From NCBI RefSeq assembly GCF_006345805.1, contig NC_042998.1:9238001-9302000 (forward strand): DNA of 64,000 nt. Reading direction: 5' to 3'. Positions within the stretch are counted from its first letter, which is position 1. Every line of letters starts with the position of its first letter. The stretch is from Octopus sinensis. Its lineage: Eukaryota. Positions 25,410 through 38,218 of this stretch are shown here, piece after piece. The translations under genes and the position numbers were made by a program. The notes under the pieces were generated by a model. The model had not been told where the DNA came from, searched no databases, and saw only the letters and a program-made list of their open reading frames with translations.

Positions 25410-25794
25410 GTGTAGGCGCAATGGCCCAGTGGTTAGGGCAGCAGACTCGCGGTCATAGGATCGCGGTTTCGATTCCCAGACCGGGCGTTGTGAGTGTTTA
25501 TTGAGCGAAAACACCTAAAAGCTCCACGATGCACCGGCAGGGGATGGTGGTGATCCCTGCTGTACTCTTTCACCACAACTCTCTCTCACTCTTACTTCCT
25601 GTTTCTGTTGTACCTGTATTTCAAGGGGCCGGCCTTGTCACTCTCTGTGTCATGCTGAATATCTCCGAGAATTACGTTAAGGGTACACGTGTCTGTGGAG
25701 TGCTCAGCCACTTACACGTTAATTTCACAAGCAGGCTGTTCCGTTGATCGGATCAACCGGAACCTTCGTCGTCGGAACCGACGGAGTGCTTCCA
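25410..25794 (+). mobile_element. SINE family D (tRNA-derived)
   Basis: tggcccagtggttagg A-box, ggtttcgattccc B-box, 12-bp TSD attggtatctat. Confidence 0.85.
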
Positions 25795-25877
25795 ATTGGT
25801 ATCTATAGTGTAAGACAATAAATAGCACAAATAAGAAATAAATCATTTTCTTTAAAAATTAGAAGAAAAAAATAATA

Positions 25878-26510
25878 ATCCTTTCTATCATAGGCACAAG
25901 GCCTGAAATTTGGGTGGGTGGGAGGCTAGTTGATTACATTGACCCCAGTGCAAAACTGGTACTTATTTCATCAACTCTGAAGGCAAAGTCGACCTTGGTA
26001 GAGTTTGAACTCAGATAGTGAAGACAGAAAAAATTCCGCTAAGCATTTCACCTGATATGCTAAGATTCTTTCAAATTTTGGCACAAGGCTAGCAATTTTG
26101 GGGGAGGGGATAAGTTGATTACATTGACCCCAGTGCATAACTGGTACTTATTTCATCAACCCTGAAAGGATGAAAGGCCCTAGTGGAATTTGACCATTGA
26201 ACTTAAAGACAGATGAAATGCTGCTAAACACTCTTCCTAGTGTGGTAACAATTCTGTCAGCTCACCACCCCTAATAATAATAAAAATTCTTTCTACTATA
26301 GTCACAAGGACTGAAATTTTTTTAAGGGAGGAAGTTAATCAATTACATTACCCCCAGTGCTCAACTGGTAATTATTTCATTGACCCCACAAAAGGAAGAA
26401 ATGTAAAGTCAGCTTCAGTGAAATTTGAACCCAGAACATAAAGACAAACAATATGCCACTAAGCATTTTGCCCAGTGTGCTAATGATTCTGCCAGCTCAC
26501 CATTTAGGAA
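25878..26510 (-). mobile_element. Three tandem degenerate SINE-B-like copies
   Basis: Three repeats of ggcacaagg...gattacattgaccccagtgc...ctggtacttatttc...gccagctcacc. Confidence 0.75.
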
Positions 26511-27048
26511 TAATAATAATGATGATGGACAGACAGACAGACAGTTTGTACATTCAGCAGGGACAGAGGGAAGGAATGTGGGTTGCTACTACTGAAGAGA
26601 GATAGAATTGATAAGATGGAAGGAATTATATCACCAGACAGGCAAGTTATGGAAGAAACTGATGACAATGGGAATAAGTACTTAGACATCCTGGAAACAG
26701 ACCAAATGAAAGAGAAGGAAATGAAAGAACTGATATCAAAGGGATATAAATGAAGACTGAAATTGGTGTTAATGGCAAAGTTGAATGGTAGGAATAGGAT
26801 ACCAGCTGTCAACACATGGGCAGTTGCAGCTCCAAGCTGGTGTGGCAGAATGGAGAACTGATGAACTTTAGGAGCATGACAAAAAGACCAGGAAAATAAC
26901 GACACTTCAAAGGGTTCTACACCCCAAAAGTGACAGAGAGGAGGAAGGGGTTTCATTAGCTGTAAATTGTGTGTGAATTCTGAGAAAAATAATCTGGTAT
27001 GCATTAATAAATCTCCGAACGAGATGTAAACAGTAACCGCTCAACAAT

Positions 27049-27324
27049 GTAAAGTGTTCTAGCCATCTCAATGTGGCTAGCCACTGGGGGTGGGTGTTAC
27101 TGAAGCTTTTAGCCCCAGGAGATCATCGTCTCCAGCTGGCTTTAGACACACTTTCTGTGCCCTTCTGATATTCGCAAAGGGAGGTCATCCCCTCTCGAAA
27201 AACCTAAGTGATACATACGGACTATAGTTTTGAGGTTTTTGCCTCGATGATCTCCTGGGGCTAAAAGCTTCAGTAACACCCACCCCCAGTGGCTAGCCAC
27301 ATTGAGATGGCTAGTACACTTTAC
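27049..27324. repeat. 80-bp inverted repeat (79/80) with 116-bp spacer
   Basis: Arms 27049-27128 and 27245-27324; inside the R4-like LINE. Confidence 0.9.
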
Positions 27325-27402
27325 GTAATCTGGTATGGTACGTAAAGAATTCAAAGGATAAATTGATGGCAGGAGCAAGAAATATAAAAATCCTAAGCAA
27401 TG

Positions 27403-27871
27403 ATAATAATAATAATGAAACTATTGTATACAGTGCTCAGGTGCACCACAACTTGTCAAAAGGGCATATAAAGCATATGCAGTAATGTACAAATGTCTGG
27501 GAAGTGAACAGTGTATGAGTCAGATACATGCTTGTGTGTGTATGGAGGGGAGAAAATCAGGTGTAGTGTTGGCGAATCTCAGGAAGCATGGAAGTTTTGA
27601 AGGATGCAGTGCTCCGACAACTAACAACTGATGCCGACAGTTTGTTCCATGCTTCAGCAACTCTCAGCGTGAAAAAATGTTTCTGAAAGTCATGGGAGCT
27701 GTGTTGTTTTCTGATTTTGTAAACATGTCCACGGGTGTTAGACAGGTGGAGTTTGAAAAGGTGCTCAGAGTTATTGTTAGTAAGATGGTGTCTGCCAAGT
27801 CAGCTGCGAGACATCGGAGTTTCGATGTACCCATGCCTGGGGAAGTAAAGCATTCAGAATATGGCAAATGC
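27403..27871 (-). mobile_element. CR1-clade LINE 3' fragment (second family), nested in the R4-like LINE
   Basis: Reverse complement of 36252-36646 plus upstream coding sequence (KLRCLAADLAD); (ATT)n tail. Confidence 0.85.
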
Positions 27872-28789
27872 CTGATGGGGGGTACTCTCTTGGCAAAGGA
27901 AAAGAGAATTTAAACAAGACTGAGAGAGTGACACTTTGGATAGATGGAAAGAAAAGATGTATGGTCAATTCTTACAGGAAATGCCTGAAACAGTTGACTA
28001 AAAGAATATCTGGGAATGGATTAGGAAAAGTAGCTTGGGAGTTGAAACTGAAACCCTTGTCTTCACAGCCCATGGACAGACATTGGGAACAATCTTGTCA
28101 AGTCAGTTGTGTGGTGAAAAAAGGTGAAACAATAAACCACATTATAAATGAATGTAATATGCTCGCACAAAAAGAGTACAAGAGAAGGCAAGACAACATT
28201 GCCAGATTGGTTCACTGGAAGCTCTGTCTTAAGTATGCCATGAGCAGAAGTGAGAGGAATAGTATGAGCACCAACTGGAAATGGTTGCTGAAAAAGAACA
28301 ATTTAAGATCTTATGGAATATGGCCATCCAGTGTAACCATCTTTTTGTGGCTAGAAAACCTGACATTGTTGTCATAGGAAAGAAGAAAAAAAGCAATTAT
28401 TGTGGATATGGCTTTACTGTGTAAACACAGGATGAATGAGAAGGAAAGTAAGAAAGTAGAGAAATGTCAAGAGCTGAATGGGAGATCAGGAAACTATAGA
28501 GAATCAGAAATGTAGAAGTGATACTGATTGATGTTGGCACACTGGGGGGCAGTAAGTAAAAGGTTGGATGTGTCTTGAGAAGCTAAGAATTAACATCTGA
28601 ATGGAGCTGTTGCAGAAAACAGCCTTGTTAGGAACAACAGCAATTCTAAGGAGGGTGTTAGAAAGTTGAAGGAGAAGGAATAATCCAAAAGACCCTTTGT
28701 CCATTGGAAATGGCTCACTCTTTTAGTACAGTGCCAGTAAAAGATCTGCTAGAGTAAAAGCATCAATGAAAACGATAATGGTGATTATA

Positions 28790-28792
28790 ATA

Positions 28793-28839
<47 letters not shown>

Positions 28840-29062
28840 GATGATGATGATGGTGATGTTGATGATGATGATGATGATGATGTTGATGATGATGATGATG
28901 ACCTCAGTGGAGTTTGAGCCCAGAACATAAACATGGATAAAATGCCACTAAATATTTTGTCCAGCATGCTAATGATTCTGCCAACTTACTTCCTTGATGA
29001 TGATGATGATGACAATGGTGGTGGTGGTGGTGATGGTGATGATGATGATGATGATGATGATG
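28790..29062. repeat. (GAT)n arrays flanking a SINE-B fragment
   Basis: Direct reading. Confidence 0.9.
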
Positions 29063-29621
29063 AATTCCTTCATTTATAATTCCTGCATTTTTGTTAACAA
29101 AACTTGACAATTTCAACTTGAGATTAATGTTAAAATTGACTTTTGCATCAGGGAATACATATTTGTGACTGTGTGGGTTTTTTTTTGTTTTAATTTGTGC
29201 TAATAATTTATTTGATTTGTAGATTTTTCACTTAAGCACTTCTAGTTAGATTACACAACCTGTTTTGTGTTTAGTCACTCAAACCTAATAATAATAATTG
29301 GATAGGCGGCTAAGAGTAGATGTGTAATATTCCTAAAGCTAAGTGACAAGGAAGGCTGGATTAAGCTAATGATTTCTTCAATAACCACTATCATTGTAAA
29401 AACATTCAGTAATGTTATGTTATAATATTAATTACAGTAAGAGCATGGAGTTTGTTGCTGAGATCTAACGGCCTTGTCAGTACTGAGATTAAAAAGCACC
29501 ACAAGGGAAACTTTACGTGTAAAGTTTGCTGTGTGTTTAGTGTTGAGTTTCTTGTGGTACATGATAGTAAAGTTGATAGAAATGTGGGGACACATATAAT
29601 ATTTATACATCTATATATATG

Positions 29622-29624
<3 letters not shown>

Positions 29625-29659
<35 letters not shown>

Positions 29660-29922
29660 TTTATCTTATATCAAACTTTTAATACTTTTTGATAGTTATA
29701 CATATAAAAAAAAAGTGGTTTTACTTTTTATCTTATATTAAACTTTTAATACTTTTTGATAGTTATATATATATAAAAAATAAATAAATAAATAAATGAA
29801 TAAATAAATAAATAAATAATAATAAAATATATATATATATATATATATTTTATTTCTATGTATTGGTTTATGATTTTCACTGTTTGCTTTGCCTAATAGT
29901 GGTTTTATCTCTAATTTAATAT

Positions 29923-29960
<38 letters not shown>

Positions 29961-30134
29961 GGGAGAGTTTACGAAAAAAACAAAAGATGAAGACAGGTGG
30001 TGTAAAAAACAAACAGATGTATCAATATAACGCTCAGGAACAGAAAATGTCTTTTACATTTCGAGCCTACGCTCTTCTACAGAAAGGGACACAGAGAAAC
30101 AAGGAGAGAAAAAAATGTGTGTAATGGCTAACAA

Positions 30135-30189
<55 letters not shown>

Positions 30190-30262
30190 TATTATATATA
30201 TTTATTTATTTATTTATTTATATATGACACATATATATATATGACATATATATATTTATATA
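29625..30262. repeat. (TA)n/(TAAA)n arrays with a ~50-bp local duplication
   Basis: tttatcttatat.aaacttttaatactttttgatagttata occurs twice. Confidence 0.9.
29961..30137 (-). mobile_element. Penelope-like fragment between (TA)n arrays
   Basis: Hammerhead-like fold at 30049-30090 on the minus strand; TA arrays on both sides. Confidence 0.5.
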
Positions 30263-30707
30263 TGACCTTTAATAAAATATGCTGTGCTTGAGAAGACTTG
30301 TCAAGCCAAGAAAAATTATAGTCGTGGCTGATGTTGGTGTCATGCAACTGGCACCCATGCTGGTGGTGCATAAAAAGCAACTTTGTCTCATCATGAAAAG
30401 CTCCTTTTGAGTGCTGGGCCTCACAGAAGCAATGACCAAGACCTTTGGCATTGTCATGCTTGAGAAGAAGACCCATCAAGCCAAGTAACATCACAGTCGT
30501 GGCAGATACTGGTGTCAGTGGCATGTAAAAGCACCCATTACACTTTCAGAGTGGTTGGCATTAGGAAGGGCATCCAGCTGTAGAAACCATGCCAAATCAG
30601 ACTGGGGTCTGGTGCAGCCTTCCAGCTTGTGAGCCTTGGTCAAACTGCCCAACCCATGCCAACATGGATAACAGATGTTAAATGATGATTATGATGATGA
30701 TGATATA

Positions 30708-30748
<41 letters not shown>

Positions 30749-30944
30749 CATATATAACATATGATATATATGATGGACTTCTTTTAGCTTCCAACTATCA
30801 AACCCACTCACAAAGGCTTTTGTTGGCTATAGCAAAAGACACTTGCCCAGGGTGTCATGCAATGGGACTGAACCTGCAACCATGTAGTTGGGAAGCAAGC
30901 TTGTCAACATACAACCATGCCTCTATGGTTGATAAACAGGAGTG

Positions 30945-31011
30945 TGTGTGTGAGTGAATGCGTATGTGTGTGCACATGTGCACGAGTGTGTGTGTTAGTG
31001 TGTGTATGTGT

Positions 31012-31077
<66 letters not shown>

Positions 31078-31105
31078 TGTGTGTGTGTGCGCGCGCGCGC
31101 GCGCG
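30945..31105. repeat. (GT)n array ending in (GC)n
   Basis: Direct reading. Confidence 0.95.
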
Positions 31106-31417
31106 TATGTATCTGTATAGATATATTGCAGCCCAGTATCTCCTCTGCAGCAAGAAACCTGTTGCAGTTTCTTCATACTTTAACCTTTCCTCACTCAGCA
31201 TAAAGCCACCCCCCTCTTTATTGTAGTCCACCTTAGTAGATAGGAATTTTCTTCTTGAAAGCAGCATAGCAACTTCACTAGTGTTGGTGCCATGAAAAAA
31301 CCAGCTCCCAGTACATTCTGTTAAATGGTTGGTTTTAGGAAGAGCATTCAACCATAGAAACCATGCCAAAGCAGACACAGGAGCACACCACACTCCCTGA
31401 CCACACTCCCCTGACCT

Positions 31418-32280
31418 ATACTCCTCGCGGTAGTATAGAGGATCTTCGTCGATGCCTCCACCAAATTTGGAAGTGGTCTAACGATTGGGACCTGTGTCTG
31501 AACGTGTCAAAGTGCTGTCATCTGCCTGTCGGCTCTACTCCTGCAACTCAACTTGATTTCGAGCCGGGTCGTCTGCTGCTGGAGAGGACCGATCAGGTAA
31601 AGGACCTGGGTATCTTGGTGGATTCCTCCTTTTCGCCTTCGGCCCAGTGCGTCCATGCTGCCAACAAAGCGCGCGGAATTCTGTTTTTGATTCGACGGTC
31701 ATTCGGAATGCTCACAGCAGCCATATTCCTGCCACTCTATGTCACGCTGGTGAGACCCATATTGGAGTATGGGATTCAAGCCTCTTCTCCTTATCTCCTC
31801 AAAGACATACAGCACCTCGAAAGAGTCCAGAGGCTGGCTACCCGCATGGTTCATGATCTCAAAAATTTGTCCTACGAAGAAAGGCTGAGGACGCTCGACC
31901 TTTATCTCTTGAAAAACGCCGCCGCCGTGGTGATCTCATTCTCGCCCACAACATCATAAGCGGGAAGTGTAACCTCTCGAAAGAGCTGTTCTTCACTCCT
32001 GCTCCGGAGCGTCGGCTGCGGGGTCATTCCGAAAAGCTCTACCTGCGACGATTTCATCTCAATCAAAGGAGAGGAGCTTTCTCCGTCCGGGTTGCGGATC
32101 CGTGGAACAAGGTGCCAGACGAGATGGTGAAGATGCCGACGACCGCTTTGTTCAAAGCCTCCCTGGACCTCAAGTGGCCTGAACTCTTTACATGAACACC
32201 ACCCTGTACTTAACTCCATGTCCCCCTACATGGCCTTGCTATTTGCTTTTGAGCCAAATTAACTAACTAACTAACTAACT
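31418..32280 (+). mobile_element. Young 5'-truncated CR1-clade LINE (RT thumb and C-terminus, 3'UTR, (TAAC)n tail)
   Basis: ORF ...VKDLGILVDSSF...LYVTLVRPILEYG...LERVQRLATRMV. One 1-bp frameshift near 31906, then KRRRRGDLIL...LRGHSEKL...FSVRVADPWNKVP, stop at 32193-95. 3'UTR hairpin ccatgt/acatgg and tail aactaactaactaact. Confidence 0.92.
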
Positions 32281-32979
32281 AGTTCCCATTAGAACTATTC
32301 AACCCAAGGTTGCATAGAAGACAGATGCTAAAGGATGATGATGATGATGGTGTGTGTGTGTGTGTGTTGTATGCAAGTATATATAATCTTCAACTCAACT
32401 GTGTTGGTTTTATGATGCTATAAGCTCATGTAAAATGTTTCCTTAATCCAACATATTCCAAATAGCTTTTCTTCTGATTATTTTACCTTTAATTATACTT
32501 TTTCTGTCTTCTGTTATATGATACAAAAATTATCCTCTTATATTTCACACAACTGAATCTCCTTTAAAATTTCAGTAATTTCTATTAAATAATACTTATT
32601 AAAGAGACAGTAAAGCTATTTGTTTGACCTTGTTGTCAGGTCATTCATTAATTACCAAGTATTTATCAACCAAAAGTACAAAAGAGGAAACGATATGAAC
32701 ACATCTACATTGTGATTTCAGTAATTAAAAATTCTCAAGAAAAATTAAATTTTTACTGAACTGCAACATCTATGGAATAGAGAATTATGGGAAGATTCTA
32801 AAGGGCATAATGCTGCAAGCATGTCATTTGCACGATTTTGAATAAAAACAAAAAAAAAAGAGTCACATGATGACAAATTTCTATTTATGATTACTATTAT
32901 CCGGAGGATTGTCAAATTACGCACTTTGTTACTTATGTCTGCATGCGTTTGTTTGTAAGAAAGTTAAATATGTATGTGG

Positions 32980-33013
<34 letters not shown>

Positions 33014-33429
33014 ATGCGCATGTGAGTGTGTGCATGCATGTACGCGTGTGAATGCAAATGAATTTATAAATTATTTGCAACACACAGATGATGATGATGA
33101 TGATGATGACACACACACAGACACTCACACTCTCTCAGATGCATATACACAACTAGATGCACTGACATGCAACAAAAATGTAAACTAAGAAAAATTGAGG
33201 GAAAACTCTTTTCCTTTTCCTTCATTTTTTGACCTTATTCTTGAAACCATAATAATGAAGTTGAGGATTGGCCGTGTCTGTGAGGCCTATTAACTAGGTT
33301 ACCTACTTTTCATTACAGCAAAGCAACAAGACATCAACAACAGCTACAACAGATAGAAAAGAAATTTCTTGAAGTCTCATGCAATGATACATTAACCATG
33401 TGGTATAGTTAAAAAAAAAACTTTATATA

Positions 33430-33861
33430 GGCGCAGGAGTGGCTGTGTGGTAAGTAGCTTGCTAACCAACCACATGGTTCCGGGTTCAGTCCCACTGCGT
33501 GGCATCTTGGGCAAGTGTCTTCTGCTATAGCCCCGGGCCAACCAATGCCTTGTGAGTGGATTTGGTAGACGGAAACTGAAGGAAGACTGTCGTATATATG
33601 TATATATATATATATATATGTGTGTGTGTATGCGTGTGTGTATGTGTTTCTGTGTCTGTGTTTGTCCCCCTAGCAATGCTTGACAACCGATGCTGGTGTG
33701 TTTACGTCCCCCGTCACTTAGCAGTTCGGCAAAAGAGACCGATAGAATAAGTACTGGGCTTACAAAAAGAATAAGTCCCGGGGTCGATTTGCTCGACTAA
33801 AGGTGGTGCTCCAGCATGGCCACAGTCAAATGACTGAAACAAGTAAAAGAGTAAAAGAGTA
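33430..33861 (+). mobile_element. SINE-A, full length
   Basis: Head through tail present. Confidence 0.9.
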
Positions 33862-34581
33862 ATAGAGAGCATGAGCTGAAGCTGCCATTATAGCTCTAAA
33901 ATATGATGATCCTACAAGATAAAAACCATCACTCATAGAATTCATAAGTATCAGATTCACATCGATCTTATTTATGACGCAAATATTTACTAAATAACAA
34001 GAGTAAAGAGTTTACATGTAAACTTCATAATGCCCTCTCTAGTTTCAAAATTAAATGTCAAAGCATGACAATGAGATTACATCATGTCCTTTGTCTGTTG
34101 GGTATTCATTATAGCTGTTTACTCCTGTAAAATAAAATAAAATATACTTAATTTGGATTCAAAGCAATAGAAACAAGATCTATTTATATGTTGAAATTTA
34201 CAAAAGTTTCATATATCACTATTTTCTTTATTCCATATTTGTATATTTTATCATATTATGTATGAATGTCTGTATGGTTACATATGTGTGTGTACACAAA
34301 CACATACATAATCCTGAGATTACCAGTTTATGGGAACATGGTCAAAGAACTTGAAATGCAAAGACTAAGTGTCAATGTACTTCATGTAAAATATTAAATC
34401 TGACAAAATACATCAGGGAATAAATTATCAAAAGAATGATGCTTACTTATAATTTAGAAATCTGCCTTTTCTGTATAGATTTCTGTATACAAGAAACTGT
34501 CATTCTTTTGGTAATTTAGTCCATGACATGCCACTAGGTAAAGCAAAATGTATTTTGTTGGACTCATTGTTTTTGATAAAG

Positions 34582-34821
34582 AAAACACACACACACACAC
34601 ACACATATACATATATATATATAATATATATATATATAGATATATATATATATAATATACATATATATATATATGTATACATATATATAATATACATATA
34701 TATATAATATACATATATATATATAATATACATATATATATATAATATACATATATATATATAATATCATATATATAATATACATATATATATATAATAT
34801 ACATATATATATATAATATAC

Positions 34822-34868
<47 letters not shown>

Positions 34869-34906
34869 ATATACATATATATATATAATATACATATATA
34901 TATATA

Positions 34907-34959
<53 letters not shown>

Positions 34960-34975
34960 CATATATACATACAAA
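34582..34975. repeat. ~390-bp TA array with a higher-order unit taatatacatatatatata
   Basis: Direct reading. Confidence 0.95.
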
Positions 34976-35485
34976 TAAATATCAAATGGAATTGTAGTTG
35001 TGATACCTGTGCCGGTGGCACATAAAAAGCACCATCCGAACGTGGCCGATGCCAGCGCCGCCTCAACTAGCTTCTGTGTCGGTGGCACATAAAAAACACC
35101 AACCAATCGTGGCCGCTGCCAGACCCCCCCCCCTGGCACCTGTACTGGTGACACGTTAAAAGCACCCACTACACTCACGGAGTGGTTGGCGTTAGGAAGG
35201 GCATCCAGCTGTAGAAACACTGCCAGATCAGACTGGAGCCTGGTGCAGCCTTCTGGCTTCCCAGATCCCCGGTCGAACCGTCCAACCCATGCTAGCACGG
35301 AAAACGGACGTTAAACGATGATGATGATGATGATGATGACATACAGGTATTCTTTCATTCTTTTATTTGTTTCAGTCATTCAACTTCACTCAAGTCTTTT
35401 ATTCAATTACTTATGTCAAACCATTTCCTTCCACTGGTACATATTATACTGAATTCACAACAAAGAATAAGGAAGAAGAAAAAAC

Positions 35486-36160
35486 TTGACCTTTCCACAG
35501 GTGAGGTTGATTAATACCACAACTCAACTTCCAGTTTCATTGGTTGTGGAAGAAGTGGATAATTTTTCCTGCTTGGGCAGTGGTGACAGAAGGATACTAA
35601 ATAAAGCGTACAGTAGAATTGGTAAAGCAAAAACCATATTCCAGTGCAAGTTCCAAATTAGAATTACAAGCATCAGAAGTCCAATGTAGTTCTGATTTTA
35701 TAATGGACATGTTCGGTCATCAGTCTTGTATAGCACTGAAACACGAAAAAATTACTCACAAAGACAGCCAAGAAGTTGGACACTAACTCCATCAACTAAG
35801 TTTGTGCAAGATAGAATCACAAATGAAGAAATTCTTCTAAAAAGCAAATCCAAGTTGCTGCAAAAACACAATGTTACTGCATCAGTTTCACCAAGCAGAT
35901 CATATTTTACACCTGTCAGACATTCGACCAGCAAAGGTTGCAATGACATGGTCTCCAGAACAAGTAAAATAGGAAAAGGGATTGACCAAGAATGCCTGGT
36001 ACCAAATAGGCAAGAAGACCTAATTGGACAGGAGTGGAGAGAACTGAGGCAGATCAACCAGATTAGCAGAGGCTTGCAACCTTGTGTATTTCACAATGTA
36101 AGAAGACCTGTGATTAAGACCAGGACATCACATAGGCTCCCACAAGATTTTTGGCCATGA
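35486..36160 (+). mobile_element. Decayed RTE-clade LINE fragment
   Basis: VEEVDNFSCLGS, SRIGKAKTIF and VLYSTET-like remnants of the RTE RT C-terminus. Confidence 0.65.
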
Positions 36161-36251
36161 AATTTCACTCATAAGATTGGAGGAAGCCTATGCTGTAGTA
36201 GAAGACACTTGTCCATCATGCAGTGCATTAGTATCAAACACTGAACCATAT

Positions 36252-36646
36252 ATTATTAACCATCTTACAAACAATAACTCTGAGCACCTTTTCAAACTCC
36301 ACCCATCTAACACCTGTGGACATATTTACAAAGTCAGAAAACAGCACAGCTCCCATGACTTCAGGAAACATTTTTTCACACTAAGAGTTGCTGAAGCCTG
36401 GAACAAACTGCCGGCATCAGTTGTTAGTTGTCGGAGCACTGCATCCTTCAAAACTTCCATGCTTCCTGAGATTCGCCAACACTACACCTGATTTTCTCCC
36501 CTCCATACACACACAAGCATGTATCTGACTCATACATTGTTCGCTTTCCAGACATTTTTACATTACTGCATATACTTTATGCGCACTTTCTGACAAGTTG
36601 TGGTGCACCTGAGCACTGTATACAATAGTTTCATTATTATTATTAT
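36252..36646 (+). mobile_element. CR1-clade LINE 3' fragment
   Basis: HLFKLHPSNTCGHIYKV...FRKHFFTLRVAEAWNKLP...SFK matches the CR1 ORF2 C-terminus; (ATT)n tail. Confidence 0.85.
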
Positions 36647-36978
36647 AGTTATAAATCACATTTCATCTCCACACAGTATACGCTTGGATCAATAAAGGTC
36701 AGATTATCCTTCATCTCCACTTATTGAGTAATATTGAAATCATCATCATTATTTTAATATCCATTTTTCCAAGCTTTCATGGGTCAGACAGAATTTGTTG
36801 AGGTGCAATTTCTATGGCTGGATATCCTTTCTGTCACCAACCCACATCTGTTACTAAGTGAAGTAATATCTCCCCATGACCAAACATATTTCCACAGAAG
36901 ACTGGAGATGAAGAACACCAACTGCATGATGGCAACACTCACAACTATCATGCAATGTGAAGGTAAGTAGACAGTAAT

Positions 36979-37018
<40 letters not shown>

Positions 37019-37829
37019 TACGAGTATATATATGTATATATATATATATCTGTCTGGCACCTGTGCGGGTAGCACGTAAAAAGCACCCACTACACTTATG
37101 GAGTGGTTGGCGTTAGGAAGGGCATCCAGCCGTAGAAACATTGCCAGATAAGACTGGGCCTGGTGCAGCCTTCTGGCTTCCCAGACCCCAGTTGAACCGT
37201 CCAACCCATGCTAGCATGGAAAGCGAATGCTAAATTGATGATGATGATGATGTGTGTGTGTGTGTGTTCCAGGCTTTCAGTAAAAGAAAATCCAGGAGGA
37301 TCAGTTAACTATGATTTTATTCAGAATATTCCCCTCTCAGATTCACACACTTATTGAGGCAGTCCTTCAGTTTCTCTGAGCCCTGTAATCGAACTCAGAA
37401 GGTTGGACCTCCAACCAGGCCTTTTGCAATACCTTTAAAACCAGGAACTTTTCAGCACCACCTCACACACACACACACACACACATAGAATGGGCTTCTT
37501 TCAGTTTCTGTCTACTAAGTACACTCACAAGGCTTTTGTCAGCCCAGGTCTACATTAGAAGACACTTGCAGTGGGACTGAACCTGAAACCATGCGGTTGG
37601 GTTAACAAACTTCTTATCATACAGCCACACCTGATAGACTATGGAAAAATGTCAGATAACTGAATATCAAAATTTGATGCAAAGTGAATAACGTTTATAT
37701 AAGAACCATTAGCAATGAATTTATGAAAACAACTCAAAATCTACAAGAAGTGCAGATAAGAGACCTGCATAAGCAAACAAACTGCTCTTAAATGCAAACT
37801 ATGAAGAATAAGTTAAAAACTTTATCATA

Positions 37830-38218
37830 GGCACAGGAGTGGCTGTGTGGTAAGTAGCTTGCTAACCAACCACATGGTTCCGGGTTCAGTCCCACTGCGT
37901 GGCATCTTGGGTAAGTGTCTTCTGCTATAGCCCCGGGCCGACCAATGCCTTGTGAGTGGATTTGGTAGACGGAAACTGAAAGAAGCCCGTCGTATATATG
38001 TATATATGTGTGTGTGTTTGTGTGTCTGTGTTTGTCCCCTTAGCATTGCTTGACAACCGATGCTGGTGTGTTTACGTCCCCGTCACTTAGCGGTTCGGCA
38101 AAAGAGACCGATAGAATAAGTACTGGGCTTACAAAGAATAAGTCCCGAGGTCGAGTTGCTCGATTAAATGACTGAAACAAGTAAAAGAGTAAAAAGAGTA
38201 AAAAGAGTAAAAAGAGTA
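37830..38218 (+). mobile_element. SINE-A with a short 3' deletion and expanded tail
   Basis: Lacks ggcggtgctccagcatggccgcagtc; four tail units. Confidence 0.88.

Larger units (their letters stand above)
26590..28790 (+). mobile_element. Decayed R4/Dong-like LINE (RT C-terminus, CCHC knuckle, restriction-like endonuclease) with two nested inserts
   Basis: Remnants KYLDILE, KLNGRNRIPAVNTW, LHPKSD, ETINHIINECNMLAQKEYKRRQDNIARLVHW, RKPDIVV, LLQKTALLGT; many stops and frameshifts. Confidence 0.75.

Noticed and set aside
33317-33410. Possible plus-strand exon encoding RHQQQLQQIEKKFLEV after a tttcattacag acceptor
   Set aside because: No convincing donor, the frame runs into a stop, and there is no partner exon.
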